In this document: positions 54,415 through 64,000 of the stretch, one piece after another | Layout of the letters: each line of letters begins with the position of its first letter | How positions within the stretch are numbered: position 1 is the stretch's first letter | Assembly: GCA_963777605.1 (NCBI GenBank) | Contig: CAVZRV010000051.1 | Coordinates: 1-64,000, forward strand | Reading direction: 5' to 3' | Length of the DNA stretch: 64,000 bases | Source of the DNA: an uncultured Acidobacteriota bacterium | GTDB taxonomy: Bacteria > Acidobacteriota > UBA6911 > RPQK01 > JAPXNP01 | The notes under the pieces: generated by a model | What the model was told of the DNA's origin: nothing | Database searches by the model: none | What the model saw: the letters and a program-made list of their open reading frames with translations, nothing else | Program-made: the position numbers and the translations under genes

Positions 54415-57327
54415 TCACCTCGGCAATGTCACGACGTAATCCAGTATCTCCACGATTGCGCCGTCGTTCGTCTGTTGAACGCTTTCCGTGATCGACTCCA
54501 GTTTGAACCGCGTGGGACGCCCGTCCGAATCCACGATCTCTCCGAAATCCCGCTCGGGATGCAGGTCCGCCGCATCCTCGGAATGGTCCGTGTGGCTGTA
54601 GACCGAGAAGGTGACGATGGCCGTGGCCTTGTTTCGGCTCTCCTCGATCTTTTCCACGCGCCCGTACTGGACCCACGACGGGAACCCGTCCAAGTCAATC
54701 GGGTACACGTGTTCAATCGGGATCATCGTCATGGTCAGGTGGGCGGGCATCTCCACCTGAAACTCCACGTTCGGCTTCCCATCCGATCGCACGCCCTCGG
54801 TGCGGAACTTCACCTGCGCGAGGCGCGCCACCTGCTCGACGCTCACCAGCAAGGGCAGGAACACGCCTGACTTCTTGGTGTCCTTCGTGTTCTCGTTGAA
54901 CCGGGTCTTCGGGTCCAGTTGTGCGCTGCGGTCGCGGATCACCAGCGTGTCGATTTCGTAGTCGCGCTGGATATTGGGGAAGCGGAACCGCATCTCGTTC
55001 GGGCCACGGACCATTTTCGTGATCTTGGCGCTGCTGACGCCGTTATTGACCAGCACGTTCCTGCCGTCGCCCTTGTCCGTGATCGTCATGCGGGCATTGA
55101 CCACGGCAAGGTCCTCCTGCTTGCGGATCGCGCAGTAGATCTTCCCGAGGTACTCAAACGCCTCGCCGTTGCAGCAGCCAAGGATCTCGTCGATGGCCTC
55201 GCCGAACTTCTTCTCCTCGACGTTCAGTACGCCACCGGCCATGTAGCGCGGTTCGGTGGACGTGACGGTTCGGATGACCTCGTACTGCGCGTTCTTGGCC
55301 GGGACATAGCCGGTCTGCCACGTCTGGTCCACGAACAGGTAAGCACCGGTCGTCACGTACTCGCCGCCCGTGTTATCGCTCGACTCGCCGCCCCCGATGG
55401 ATGGGTCAAGGTCCGTGGAGTCCCCGCTCTTCTCGCGGACTGCCAGCGTGTCCACGATCTTGCGGGTCAGCCACGTGCCTCCGGCGAAGACACGCAGGGT
55501 TCCGCCGACGTACTGTGCCGGCGTGTTGCTTGTGGTGACGAAGACCCACGACAGGCCGTTGGCGCGGGACGGAGCCGGGCCGTCCAGTGGCCCGAAGGCA
55601 ATCGTGCCGGAGAGGGCCGTAAACGTCGTCTGCCGCAGCGTCTGTTCGTAGGCGCAGTAGTTGGACGCGGCGGCCCACGAATCGGCGTCCATGCGGGCTG
55701 GGTCTGTGCCCTTGCCCCAGCCCTTTCGGACGAAGGCGTTGTACGCCACTTCCACCACGTTCGGCCCGGGCGTCCAGCCCGCCATGCCGACCCGCTCCAT
55801 CATGGTCCCCACGCCCCGAACGGTCAGCCGGGCCTGCTCCGGGTCAAGGTCCTTCGTCTGAATGCGGATGCGCACGATAGACCGCCGCGCCCACGAGATG
55901 CCGTTGCCAAGGCTGTCGTTAAAGACCAGCGGATTGTGCTGGTACGTGTCCAGCGCCTCGTTCCACGACCACGCCAAGGACTCCCTCGCGCCGACGCAGG
56001 CTTTCTGCTGCTCCTCGGTCAATTCGCCCGACGTGACGGCGGCAGAGTCGTTCCCCTTGGCTCCGTTAAAGGCATAGAGGTTCTCGAAGCCGTAGAGGAT
56101 CAACGGGTCATCCACGGCGCCGATGGGGGCGTGCGGGTCGTAGTTGTCCATGGGGCGTCCCGAGACTCGAAGGGAACTTGTGGCGTGAAGCTGCGAGCAG
56201 CGCCCCTCTCCGATCGGGAAGATGAAGTGGTAGAACTGGCCGTTGTCATTGTCATCCCGACCGGCCCGAAGCCACGCGATCGGTTCTACTTCCCTGAGCA
56301 GAAACTCGCCGACGGGAATCGGAATGGGCTTTCCGATCACAGACAGGTTCGGGGTCGGAAACGAGGTTTCATCGCCCCGTTTGAACGTGCCGACCAGTCG
56401 GCTTCGGATGCGCTCTTTGACCTCCCCGCGCGGGCGGGCCCAGCCTGAGAAGAACCGGCGCTGCACCGTGTTGAACGTGTTCGCATCCGCGAACAATCCC
56501 CGAACCGAGCAGCCGTTGACCGTGTAGTCGCAGTCCGAGAAGTTCGGGCCTGCCTCGTAGACCCAGCCAGCACCCGGCGTCCCATTCCGCCAGGAATCCA
56601 CGGTCAGCGAGCCGACGTTCAACGACTGGATAATTCCGGCTGTGTACGTCGCCCCCGACTTGGCGATCACGGTGTGGCCTGCTAGAAGGCCCGCTGAGGC
56701 AAAGTCGTATCCGGTCCGCAGGAGGTGAGTCGCGTCGCCGCCGGTTGCGGTTCCGCTATCCACCGTGTTGAGGCTCCCGGTGCCGTTTAGCGGGTCGTAG
56801 GGACAGCCGAAGCCGTCTGCGAAGGTTTCCCCGCAGTTCGGCTCCCAAACGCATCCGAAACGGCTTTCCAGATCGACCCAGCCGTATTGCAGATCGACCG
56901 TGACCCAGTCCCGCGTGTAGCTGCTGACGGTCTTGATCCGGGCGTGCCAGTACGGGGCTTCCCAGGTGCCCACGGCCTGGACCGCTGGAGCGAGGTCCGG
57001 AAAAATCCGAACGACACTGACCTTGCCGTTTTCCAGTGTCACGCCGCTTTCGTAAAGGGCCTTCACGAGCCCGTCGTGGTTGGCAATGCTCATCGAAACC
57101 TTGGCGTTGGTCTTGCCGCGTGGCAGCTTCTCCAGGGAGTTGCGACTGATGCGGGCTTCATAGTTCTGGCCGTCGAAGGTGACGGTTGAGGGAACCTTCT
57201 TATCCGACCAGTAGTAGACATACGGCACGCCGGAGAACGTGCCGAGGTCCACCTTGAACAACTCAATGTAGCGGAGCCGCTTCTTGGCGATCTCGGCTTC
57301 AATCTGCGCGGTCAATGTGATGGGCAT
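54415..57327 (-). CDS. Tail tip/baseplate hub protein
   Basis: 970 aa after the distal tail gene; Cys cluster C...C...CDYTVNGC; D.DSW.AASNYC; NEMRFRF. Confidence 0.8.
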   Translation of the reverse strand: MPITLTAQIEAEIAKKRLRYIELFKVDLGTFSGVPYVYYWSDKKVPSTVTFDGQNYEARISRNSLEKLPRGKTNAKVSMSIANHDGLVKALYESGVTLENGKVSVVRIFPDLAPAVQAVGTWEAPYWHARIKTVSSYTRDWVTVDLQYGWVDLESRFGCVWEPNCGETFADGFGCPYDPLNGTGSLNTVDSGTATGGDATHLLRTGYDFASAGLLAGHTVIAKSGATYTAGIIQSLNVGSLTVDSWRNGTPGAGWVYEAGPNFSDCDYTVNGCSVRGLFADANTFNTVQRRFFSGWARPRGEVKERIRSRLVGTFKRGDETSFPTPNLSVIGKPIPIPVGEFLLREVEPIAWLRAGRDDNDNGQFYHFIFPIGEGRCSQLHATSSLRVSGRPMDNYDPHAPIGAVDDPLILYGFENLYAFNGAKGNDSAAVTSGELTEEQQKACVGARESLAWSWNEALDTYQHNPLVFNDSLGNGISWARRSIVRIRIQTKDLDPEQARLTVRGVGTMMERVGMAGWTPGPNVVEVAYNAFVRKGWGKGTDPARMDADSWAAASNYCAYEQTLRQTTFTALSGTIAFGPLDGPAPSRANGLSWVFVTTSNTPAQYVGGTLRVFAGGTWLTRKIVDTLAVREKSGDSTDLDPSIGGGESSDNTGGEYVTTGAYLFVDQTWQTGYVPAKNAQYEVIRTVTSTEPRYMAGGVLNVEEKKFGEAIDEILGCCNGEAFEYLGKIYCAIRKQEDLAVVNARMTITDKGDGRNVLVNNGVSSAKITKMVRGPNEMRFRFPNIQRDYEIDTLVIRDRSAQLDPKTRFNENTKDTKKSGVFLPLLVSVEQVARLAQVKFRTEGVRSDGKPNVEFQVEMPAHLTMTMIPIEHVYPIDLDGFPSWVQYGRVEKIEESRNKATAIVTFSVYSHTDHSEDAADLHPERDFGEIVDSDGRPTRFKLESITESVQQTNDGAIVEILDYVVTLPR

Positions 57328-57336
57328 GGCGGCTCC

Positions 57337-57768
57337 TTACGCAAAGAACTCGTAGAAGGTCAGGCTGAACCGTGCGGTCCGCTTGTACAGGACCGAGTAC
57401 GGGATCTTCCCCTTGAAGACCACGAGATAGCGGCCCGGGATGCTGGTGCCGTTCCAGTTGGCCGTGTTCGGCTCCTCGTGCGCGTTGTAGAAGTAGAAGG
57501 CTTCGTTTGCCGCCTTCCGCGCCTGAAGGAACCGCAGGATGCTGATGAACTGCTGGTCCCCGGCATAGTTCGCCCGGTTCACTTTCGGCTTGAACACGAA
57601 CCGGCCCACGCGGGCCGTCACCTGCCCGGTCCCGTCCGCGAGCGTATGCGCCACGTCGCGGGACACTACGATCTCATGACCCGGCCCGAGGTCCAGTTCG
57701 GTTTCCTCGAACTCCTGCTCCACGTCGAGCGGATAGTCGTATTCCCAAGTCCATACAGGCGTTGCCAT
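57337..57768 (-). CDS. Distal tail/minor tail protein
   Basis: Directly after tape measure; FLQARK...AFYFY. Confidence 0.65.
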   Translation of the reverse strand: MATPVWTWEYDYPLDVEQEFEETELDLGPGHEIVVSRDVAHTLADGTGQVTARVGRFVFKPKVNRANYAGDQQFISILRFLQARKAANEAFYFYNAHEEPNTANWNGTSIPGRYLVVFKGKIPYSVLYKRTARFSLTFYEFFA

Positions 57769-57772
57769 TGGC

Positions 57773-59968
57773 TTACCTCACTCTCGGGTCGTCAAAGATG
57801 TGGTCGGAAAGCCGCCCAATTTCCCCGCCGTTCTCCATGAGCGGCACAATCCCGCCATGTTCCTCCACTCCCAGCACCACCACGTTCCCCGGAGAGGTGG
57901 CTGAGAGGCGCGAGAAATGTCCGTTCAACTGCGTCACCGCCTCCACCAGTGCGCCGTCGGACTGGTACGGGGACGCCTGCGTGGTGATGGGCCGCTGGCC
58001 GGTGACATCCATCGTGTACTCTCCCGGCCTGCTGAGAGGCGATTCCTGCGTGTAGATGGGATTGTAGGCACTCCCCGGTGCGCCACCAGCGCCCACTGCG
58101 CCAGCGACCGCACCGACGCCGCTGCCCGCGGCTCCGGCCACGGCTCCCACGGTCGTCAACACGCCCCCGGTCGCAATCAGCTTCGTGCCGTGCGTGATCA
58201 GGTCGGCACGCGGGCCGAAAGGCGGTGGAGCCATTCCAAGCGCAACCTCCGCCGTTCCTTGTCCGATCAAGTGACCGCCGATCTTCGTAAGGATCTGCGC
58301 CGCCACCTGCGCCATGGCCGCAGCTGCAGCCGCGCCGCCGGAGCGGATTCCGTTGGCAATCAAGGTGAAGGAACTGGAGAAGAGGCTGCCCATCTCCTGC
58401 ACCGTGGAAGCGGTGCGCTGGATCTCGGCAACCATCACGTTGGAGACGTTCGCCATTTCCCACTCCACCTCTTCGGGCGTGGGGATGCCGAGCCAGTCAC
58501 GCCAGATCGGGCCGGTTTCTGTCACAAGGTCATGTTTTGCCGTCAGCGCCATGTCGCGGATCAGAGAACCGGCGTCCGAGGCAACCACATCGAAGGCGTC
58601 AATGGCCGCTTGCGTTCCCTGCTCGATCTCGTCTGGCGTGGGAATGCCCATCCAGTCACGCCAGATGTCTCCTTGCCCCGACAACTTCTCTTGGATGACG
58701 CCGGAGAGGTCAGGGAACTGAAGGCCCTCGAAGTATTCGTAGATGGGAATGGCTTTCATGGCGGCTTCAAAGCCTTCGTTAAACGCCTCGCCGCCCTGCT
58801 GCACCCGCCTTGCGCCCACCTTCTGCAGCGGCAGGAGCCAGTTTCCCGGCCTGAAAATCCGCGAAGGTCTTCTCGAAGTTCTCGGCGGATTTGCCAAGGG
58901 CCTCAGCCAGCGTATCCAAGCCCTTGGAGGCCTCCACCGCCATTTCCCCGGTCTGCTTGAGAACGTCCGAGTGGGTGAAGACGCCTTGAAGCTCCGCGTA
59001 CAGCCCCGCGTAGTAGAGCAGCCCGGAGCCGAACTTGCCGACGGCCCAGCCCGCCGTAGACAGCGCCTGTGCCGAGAGGATCGCCAGGCCGACCCCGGCG
59101 TGGACCGCATCGTTGAACTGCTTTTGCGCGTCTTCGGAGCCGGTGAACTCCGTGACCAGTGAATCCAGGACCGGAATCAACTGGTTCCCGAGTTGGAACT
59201 TGGCCCCTTCCACGGCGTGGTTCAGGATGGTCAACTGGTCGTTGAAGTGCTCCGCCTTGGCCGCAGTATCGGCGTCGAACACGATGCCCAAGGCGTGGGC
59301 CTTGTCCGCCATCTCCTGCAGCCCGTCCCGGCCACTGTTCAGGAGCGGGATCAGTTCCGCCCCGGAGCGGCCAAAGATGTCCATGGCGAGGGCAGTCTTC
59401 TTGCCGCCGTTCTCCATTGCGGCGAACCGTTCAGCCACTTCGTACAGGAGCGTCTTCTGGTCCTTGACCTCCCCGCTGGCGTCCCGACGGAGACACCGAG
59501 TTCGCGGAAGGCGTCCTTTGCGGTCCCCGTGCCGCGGCTGCCTCCTGGGCGTTTCGGGCCAGTATCCGCAGCCCGGTCCCCACGCCGTCAATCGACGTGC
59601 CGGAAAGTTCGGCGGACAGGCGCAGTTCACTGAGAAGCTGCGTGGGCACGCCCAAGGAGCGGGACAGCTTGGCGATCTCGTCCTGCGTCTTGGCGGTGCC
59701 GAAGATGGACTCCTCGACGAAGTCCTTGAAAGCCCACGGCAAGGCGCTTCACGCCGTCGATCAGGACGCTGATGCCCCGCATGAGCAGGTCGGCGGCGAT
59801 CATGCCCTTGAACATATCCCCGGCCATGCCGCCGAACGTGCCGCTGCTGTTCTGCTTGAGGTGCTTCACCTCGCTGTTGACCTGCTCGAAGCTCTCATCG
59901 AGGTTCTGGACCCCGCGTACAGCGCCCTTCTCGTCAAGGTCAACCTCAATCCTTACTTTCGCGGACAT
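57773..59968 (-). CDS. Tail tape measure protein, frameshifted
   Basis: KTALAMDIFGRSGAELIPLLN motif, Ala/Gly-rich helices, WRDWxGIPTP repeat; ORFs 59627-59968, 59431-59742, 58779-59630, 57773-59110. Confidence 0.88.
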
Positions 59969-59969
59969 C

Positions 59970-60715
59970 GCTGTTCTCCTGACTTCTCATGAAGGCGGCT
60001 CGTTCTCGCCGGAGCAGCAGCACTCCGGCTTTCTCCAGCCTGCGACAGGTGCCGGTACTGGACGCCAAATGCCGTGATCTCTTCATCCAACCGAAAGATG
60101 TGGTTCACGAACTCGTACAGGGCCGGGGTCATGTGGATCCCGGCGTGTTTCTCAAGGTCGTTGAACGCCTGCCGGAGACTGAACGGGCAGTCCGGGCAGG
60201 TTCCGTAGTAGAGGCGCGGCTCCTTGCAGCGCGTGCAGGTCTCGCTCGGCTTCTTGCGTCCGGTGCTTGGCGTCGTGCCGGATGATTACTCGGAAGACGA
60301 CGCCGACACGGGCAAAGGGCCGGTGATTGCCGCCACCTTCGGCCCGATCTCGTTGATGGCGCTCTGAATCGCCAGCACCGCATGATTCCGAAAGACGGCG
60401 TTCTCGAGGAAGGCGGTCTTCTGCGCCTCCGTCAACGTGCTGCTCAGGGTCATAGCCGTCGTAGCCGACCAGCCGCACCTTGACCTCCGGGCTGCGCCAG
60501 AGCTTGAGCAGGGCCGCGTCGTTCTGCACGAACTTGCCCTCGGCGTTGACCGTGATGGAGTTGCCCCGGAATTCCTCGATGGCGTCCGTCAGCCCGTCCA
60601 CGGACCCGAAATCGAAGTGGTGCTGCAACTTGACCCGCTGCACCTTGCCGTTCTCGTTCGACGGAACGACCAGTATGGACACGCACTCGGTGACTGCATT
60701 TTCTGGCTTGAACAT
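59970..60715 (-). CDS. Tail assembly chaperone region (G/GT-like), frames disrupted
   Basis: Lies between tail tube and tape measure; ORF 60152-60715 plus a downstream frame containing CPDCP. Confidence 0.5.
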
Positions 60716-60783
60716 GGAGCCTCACTGTTCACGATTTCCGGCTGTGTCACTCCGCGTGAACGCAGCCTTCCGGTGAACGCTCG

Positions 60784-60814
60784 AAAAAGGCCCGCCCCGG
60801 CAAAGGAGCGGGCC
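60784..60814 (-). terminator. Rho-independent terminator after tail tube gene
   Basis: GGCCCGC...GCGGGCC followed by TTTTT on the minus strand. Confidence 0.75.
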
Positions 60815-60826
60815 AATCGTTTCGGA

Positions 60827-61850
60827 TTACGCCGTCTGCAAGTAGGCAGCAGCGATGTCGTTGAGGACCGTGATGATGTACGCCGAGGCGTCGGCGCTCA
60901 CGTAGTGGAACCGCAGGGGCAGCGTCAGTACCGGCACGATGCCGTTCTCGATGGACACCAGATCCCCGGAGTCCTTCGGGATCTCCACGCTGTTCGCCTG
61001 AATCTGAAGGGACCGGCTGGCCGAGAGCGCAGCCGTGAAGTCGAGTTTCAGCGCGGTCCGGTTCTTCCAGTAGTTCCAGACCGTGTCGCCCTTCCGCCCC
61101 TCGAGTACCAGCGAGCACTCCACCTTCGGCGCGTCTGCGCCGTAGAAGATGGTCCCGACCTTCGTTCCCCGCGAAGCCCGCGGCTCTTCCTGAATGTCGG
61201 CGCTGAACTTGAGCGAGAACTTGCGGAACACGCCCGACAGGTCCTCGGTGCCGAGCGGCCCGAGCTTGCACGTGACGTGCTCGAACCGGAGCCGGTCGCC
61301 CTTGAGCGAGGTGCCGATGGCCGGTGGCACTTCCGCAGGAACTCGCCGTTTCCGAGCCGTCCCCGAGCAGGTCAAGGTTCATCATGAACTTGCCGCCCTG
61401 CTCCACCGTCAACTCCATCGACGTGACCGTGACGCCGTCGTACTTGAAGAACGAGGACGACTGCGCCCGGTCCTGTCCCTCGACGACCGAGAAGGACCAC
61501 GGGCGGGCCTCGTCGTAGGTGGGCTGCTTGAAGACGTGCGAGTACGGGTCCTCGGCTCCCGAGAAGCTGTCATTTGCCAGAATGGACGCCAGCGCGTGGC
61601 CGATCATCTGCAGGTTCCCGGCGATGGAGACCTTGCCCGTGGCCTTTTCCCGGGTCACGTCGGCTCCACCGGCGCTGATGCCCATGTAGCCCTTGATCTC
61701 CTGCTCGTCGGTTTCCTCTTCGCCGCCGCTCTGCATCAGAATCGGGTTGTCGATCCGGTACCACTTGTCCATCCCCGTGGTTCCCGCGCCGTAGGTCAGT
61801 TCCCGAAGGCCGTGGCCGATCTTCCACCAGTAGGCTTGCTTCTTTGCCAT
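60827..61850 (-). CDS. Major tail tube protein, frameshift near 61340
   Basis: YSHVF...SFSV...YDGVTVTSMEL pattern; position; downstream terminator. Confidence 0.8.
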
Positions 61851-61883
61851 TCCCGCTGCTCCTTCTCTGCCGCTCCAGCGGCA

Positions 61884-62081
61884 TTAAACTGCGTCTTCTG
61901 CCGGTTCTTTGCCGGCTGGTTCAACAGAAAAGCCGAGAGATGCCGCTCGAACGGCAAGTTTCTCGGGAACCTCCCGCCACTCGGTTTCCTTGGGCTTCAT
62001 CCGCAGGACGTCATCGCCCATGGAAATGACGACCAGCGTCTTGGGACTCGATTTCACTCTCCGAACGGTGAAGTGCGTCAT
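61884..62081 (-). CDS. Small hypothetical phage protein
   Basis: AGGAG RBS; coupled to the upstream gene. Confidence 0.55.
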   Translation of the reverse strand: MTHFTVRRVKSSPKTLVVISMGDDVLRMKPKETEWREVPEKLAVRAASLGFSVEPAGKEPAEDAV

Positions 62082-62564
62082 TGCTGGATCTCCTGAATTT
62101 CGGTGTCCTCGCGGTACGTGTAGACGACCGTGATGGTGGCAAGGGCCAGCCCGTGCTGCCCGTCCACCTGAGTGCCACCGCTCGGAACCCGGTCGATTTC
62201 AAAGTCGTCGATCAGCTTCTCGCCGGTCACACTGTTCGTGCCGGAGCCGGCCAGTACGTATTGCTGTAAGGCGTAGGTGCGGGCGATGATGGCCTGCCGC
62301 ACCAGTTCCAAAAGGGCCGTGACCCCGGCGGCGTCCGCCACCTTGCCGATGACCTGAATTTGCGTCTGCGCCGGTAGCTGCAGCTGTTCCGTGCTGCTCG
62401 ATCTCGTGAGAGGAGTCGGGGAGCAGGTTGACCCATGCGCTCGGCAGCTTCAGGTTCTCCGTCAGTACGGCGGGTCCGGTGAAGACGTTCTGGATCTGCC
62501 CGTCGCGGATCAGCCCCTGAAGGATCAGCACCAGCCCTTCGGTCAACAGTTCACTTGCTGTCAT
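62078..62564 (-). CDS. Tail terminator/completion-like protein, frameshifted
   Basis: Position before the tube gene; LPSAWV; C-terminal ITVVY. Confidence 0.6.
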
Positions 62565-62565
62565 G

Positions 62566-63024
62566 TCACTTCCCTCGGATCACGCGGGTAAAGACCGCCT
62601 CGGTTGCGCTGGCGACGTTTCGCTCCATGTAGGCCACGGCGTCAGGCATCTTCGTGTCGATCGCGGGCATGATGAAGGGCCGGGGCTTCAGTTCCGGTAT
62701 CTCGTGGCCCTTGGAGAACGCGAACTCGTTGCGCCCGACCTTGAAGCGCAGGGCCTTGGCGTTTACTGGCCGCACGAACCACGCGGGTCTGCCGGTGAAC
62801 TCGAAGACCTCAGCGTACACGTCCGCCGGGTCATGGACCCCGACGATGATGGCGACGCCGTTCATGTTCGGGTTGACCTCCACGAAGATGCAGTTGGCGA
62901 GGGTCCCCGTACGCCTGCGGAGAACGCGGTTCGACACGTTCGCCACGGCCTCGGCATGGAACAGTTGTGCGGCGTACCGTGCGCCCCGAAGGACGGCCGA
63001 TCGGATCACCTCGTCGGGCTTCAT
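62566..63024 (-). CDS. HK97 gp10-like neck protein
   Basis: RRTGTLAN, YAEVFEF, KALRF, KPRPFIMPA. Confidence 0.8.
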   Translation of the reverse strand: MKPDEVIRSAVLRGARYAAQLFHAEAVANVSNRVLRRRTGTLANCIFVEVNPNMNGVAIIVGVHDPADVYAEVFEFTGRPAWFVRPVNAKALRFKVGRNEFAFSKGHEIPELKPRPFIMPAIDTKMPDAVAYMERNVASATEAVFTRVIRGK

Positions 63025-63492
63025 ACGCGGGTCAGTCTCGTGGCCGGGGAACCGCTCCGAGATGCTGGATCAGGAGCAGGATCTCCAGCGTGAAAGGCCA
63101 GTTCGAACTCGGGGCGGGTGGTGGTTCGCCCTGTACGCCGCCCGCATCCGACTGCCCGCCCATCTGCGGGCTGAGCAGCCGTTCGGCCAGTTCACAGGTG
63201 GCTTCCTTGAGTTCCGCCGGGATGGTCGTCTCATCGACCCACGCGCCGCGGCGGTCCACGCAGCCCGTACGCGGCCATTGGAGTGCCTGTGTCGACGTCG
63301 TACGGCTGCCCTTTGTCCACATCAGCAGGCGGTCCAAGAGTTGCGTGGCCCGCATCGAGGGCCTGCTCCTTCTTCGTGCCGTCCGACGACAGCCAGACCT
63401 GCGGAGGGATGCAGCATGGCGAAGTAGACGTCGGCGTCTGCGACGGTCACGTACGAGTTAGCCGAGGCTCCGCCCACGGTGGCATCGAGCAT
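63021..63492 (-). CDS. Head-tail adaptor (DnaT_2-like family), frameshifted
   Basis: ANSYVTVADADVYF...RATQLLD...QALQWPR...IPAELKEATCELA. Confidence 0.8.
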
Positions 63493-63495
63493 CAC

Positions 63496-63674
63496 TTACC
63501 GCTTTCGGTTCGACTTCGGCTTTTCGGGGCCGGTGAGCCTCAGACTCAGCCGAGCGCGACTTCCGGCTCGAGTGGCTCCGGGAACAGCCGGTGCTTCTTC
63601 GGGTCGAAGGCGGAGGCGTTCTGATAAATAGCTGCCTCGTTGTACGGGTCGAGGAGGCGGACGGTCGGAATCAT
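63496..63674 (-). CDS. Small phage protein following the capsid gene
   Basis: MIPTVRL...FDPKKH; end uncertain because of a probable indel. Confidence 0.45.
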
Positions 63675-63690
63675 GGTATCTTCCAACGGC

Positions 63691-63765
63691 TGGGGGCGGG
63701 AGAGGGACTCGAACCCTCGACCACCGGCTTATGAGGCCGGGAAGCTGCCGCTGCTCCATCTCGCC
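63691..63765 (-). tRNA. Prophage-encoded tRNA, anticodon CAT (Met/Ile2-like, atypical identity)
   Basis: GGCGAGA TG GAGC AGCGGCA GCTT C CCGGC CTCATAA GCCGG TGGTC GAGGG TTCGAGT CCCTC TCCCGCC C CCA. Confidence 0.9.
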
Positions 63766-63848
63766 CAAGAGACGAAAGGGCCAGCCGCCGGTCAAAGGCT
63801 GCACTGGCCCACTCGTTAGCGTGACGCTTCAGCCATCAACTGGCGGGC

Positions 63849-64000
63849 TTAGCTACGCAGCCGGACGGCCAGGTTCGGGTCGAGGCACTTAAAGCCGTAG
63901 AGGACATCCAGTGCCACATAGATGGCCGACTGGTTGCCCTCGTAAAAGACCCGGGAGCGAAGCGCGATGTTGGTCTTCGGATCGGGGATCGTCTCGACCT
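63849..64000 (-). CDS. Major capsid protein C-terminus (P22 coat-like)
   Basis: Manual translation ...IALRSRVFY...ALDVLYGFKCLDPNLAVRLRS*. Confidence 0.85.
   Translation of the reverse strand, partial: VETIPDPKTNIALRSRVFYEGNQSAIYVALDVLYGFKCLDPNLAVRLRS

Larger units (their letters stand above)
40385..64000 (-). mobile_element. Siphovirus-like prophage, left part (continues past right edge)
   Basis: Contiguous integrase, SSB, Gp157, Sak, repressor, lysis, tail fibre, tape measure, tail tube, neck and coat genes. Confidence 0.95.

Noticed and set aside
59970-60450. Programmed frameshift in the tail chaperone
   Set aside because: Expected by position, but I found no clear slippery heptamer and background indels make it unresolvable.

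Overview
GC-rich bacterial window, probably Acidobacteriota-like (inferred from secreted-protein domain types; not verified). Many genes are broken by single-base indels, most likely uncorrected long-read errors. Bases 1-40380 are host chromosome: Gfo/Idh/MocA oxidoreductase, orphan Mur ligase, membrane sensor, CLC channel, IS200 remnant, tRNA-Gly(CCC), APC permease, GH3/GH116/GH18 glycosidases, prolyl oligopeptidase, tandem MBL hydrolase, sulfatase, a large secreted metallopeptidase-like protein, acyl-ACP desaturase and aldehyde dehydrogenase. This part is interspersed with a modular non-coding repeat family in which a ~56-bp joint links REP-bearing modules. Bases ~40385-64000 are the left part of a siphovirus-like prophage: integrase, SSB, Gp157, Sak, a divergent HTH repressor, lysis, tail and neck genes, a tRNA(CAT) and the end of a P22-type coat gene. 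The main oddities are: (1) a complete-looking iteron/(GAACAG)n replication-origin cassette stranded between tail and lysis genes with no rep gene around it; (2) an att junction made of a tRNA-Thr-like 3' end fused to non-tRNA DNA, which also supplies the integrase stop codon; (3) an almost unidirectional genome whose early operon is cut at att; (4) a phage tRNA(CAT) with an initiator-type D-arm and a possible His-type G-1:C73 pair; (5) the modular host repeat arrays.
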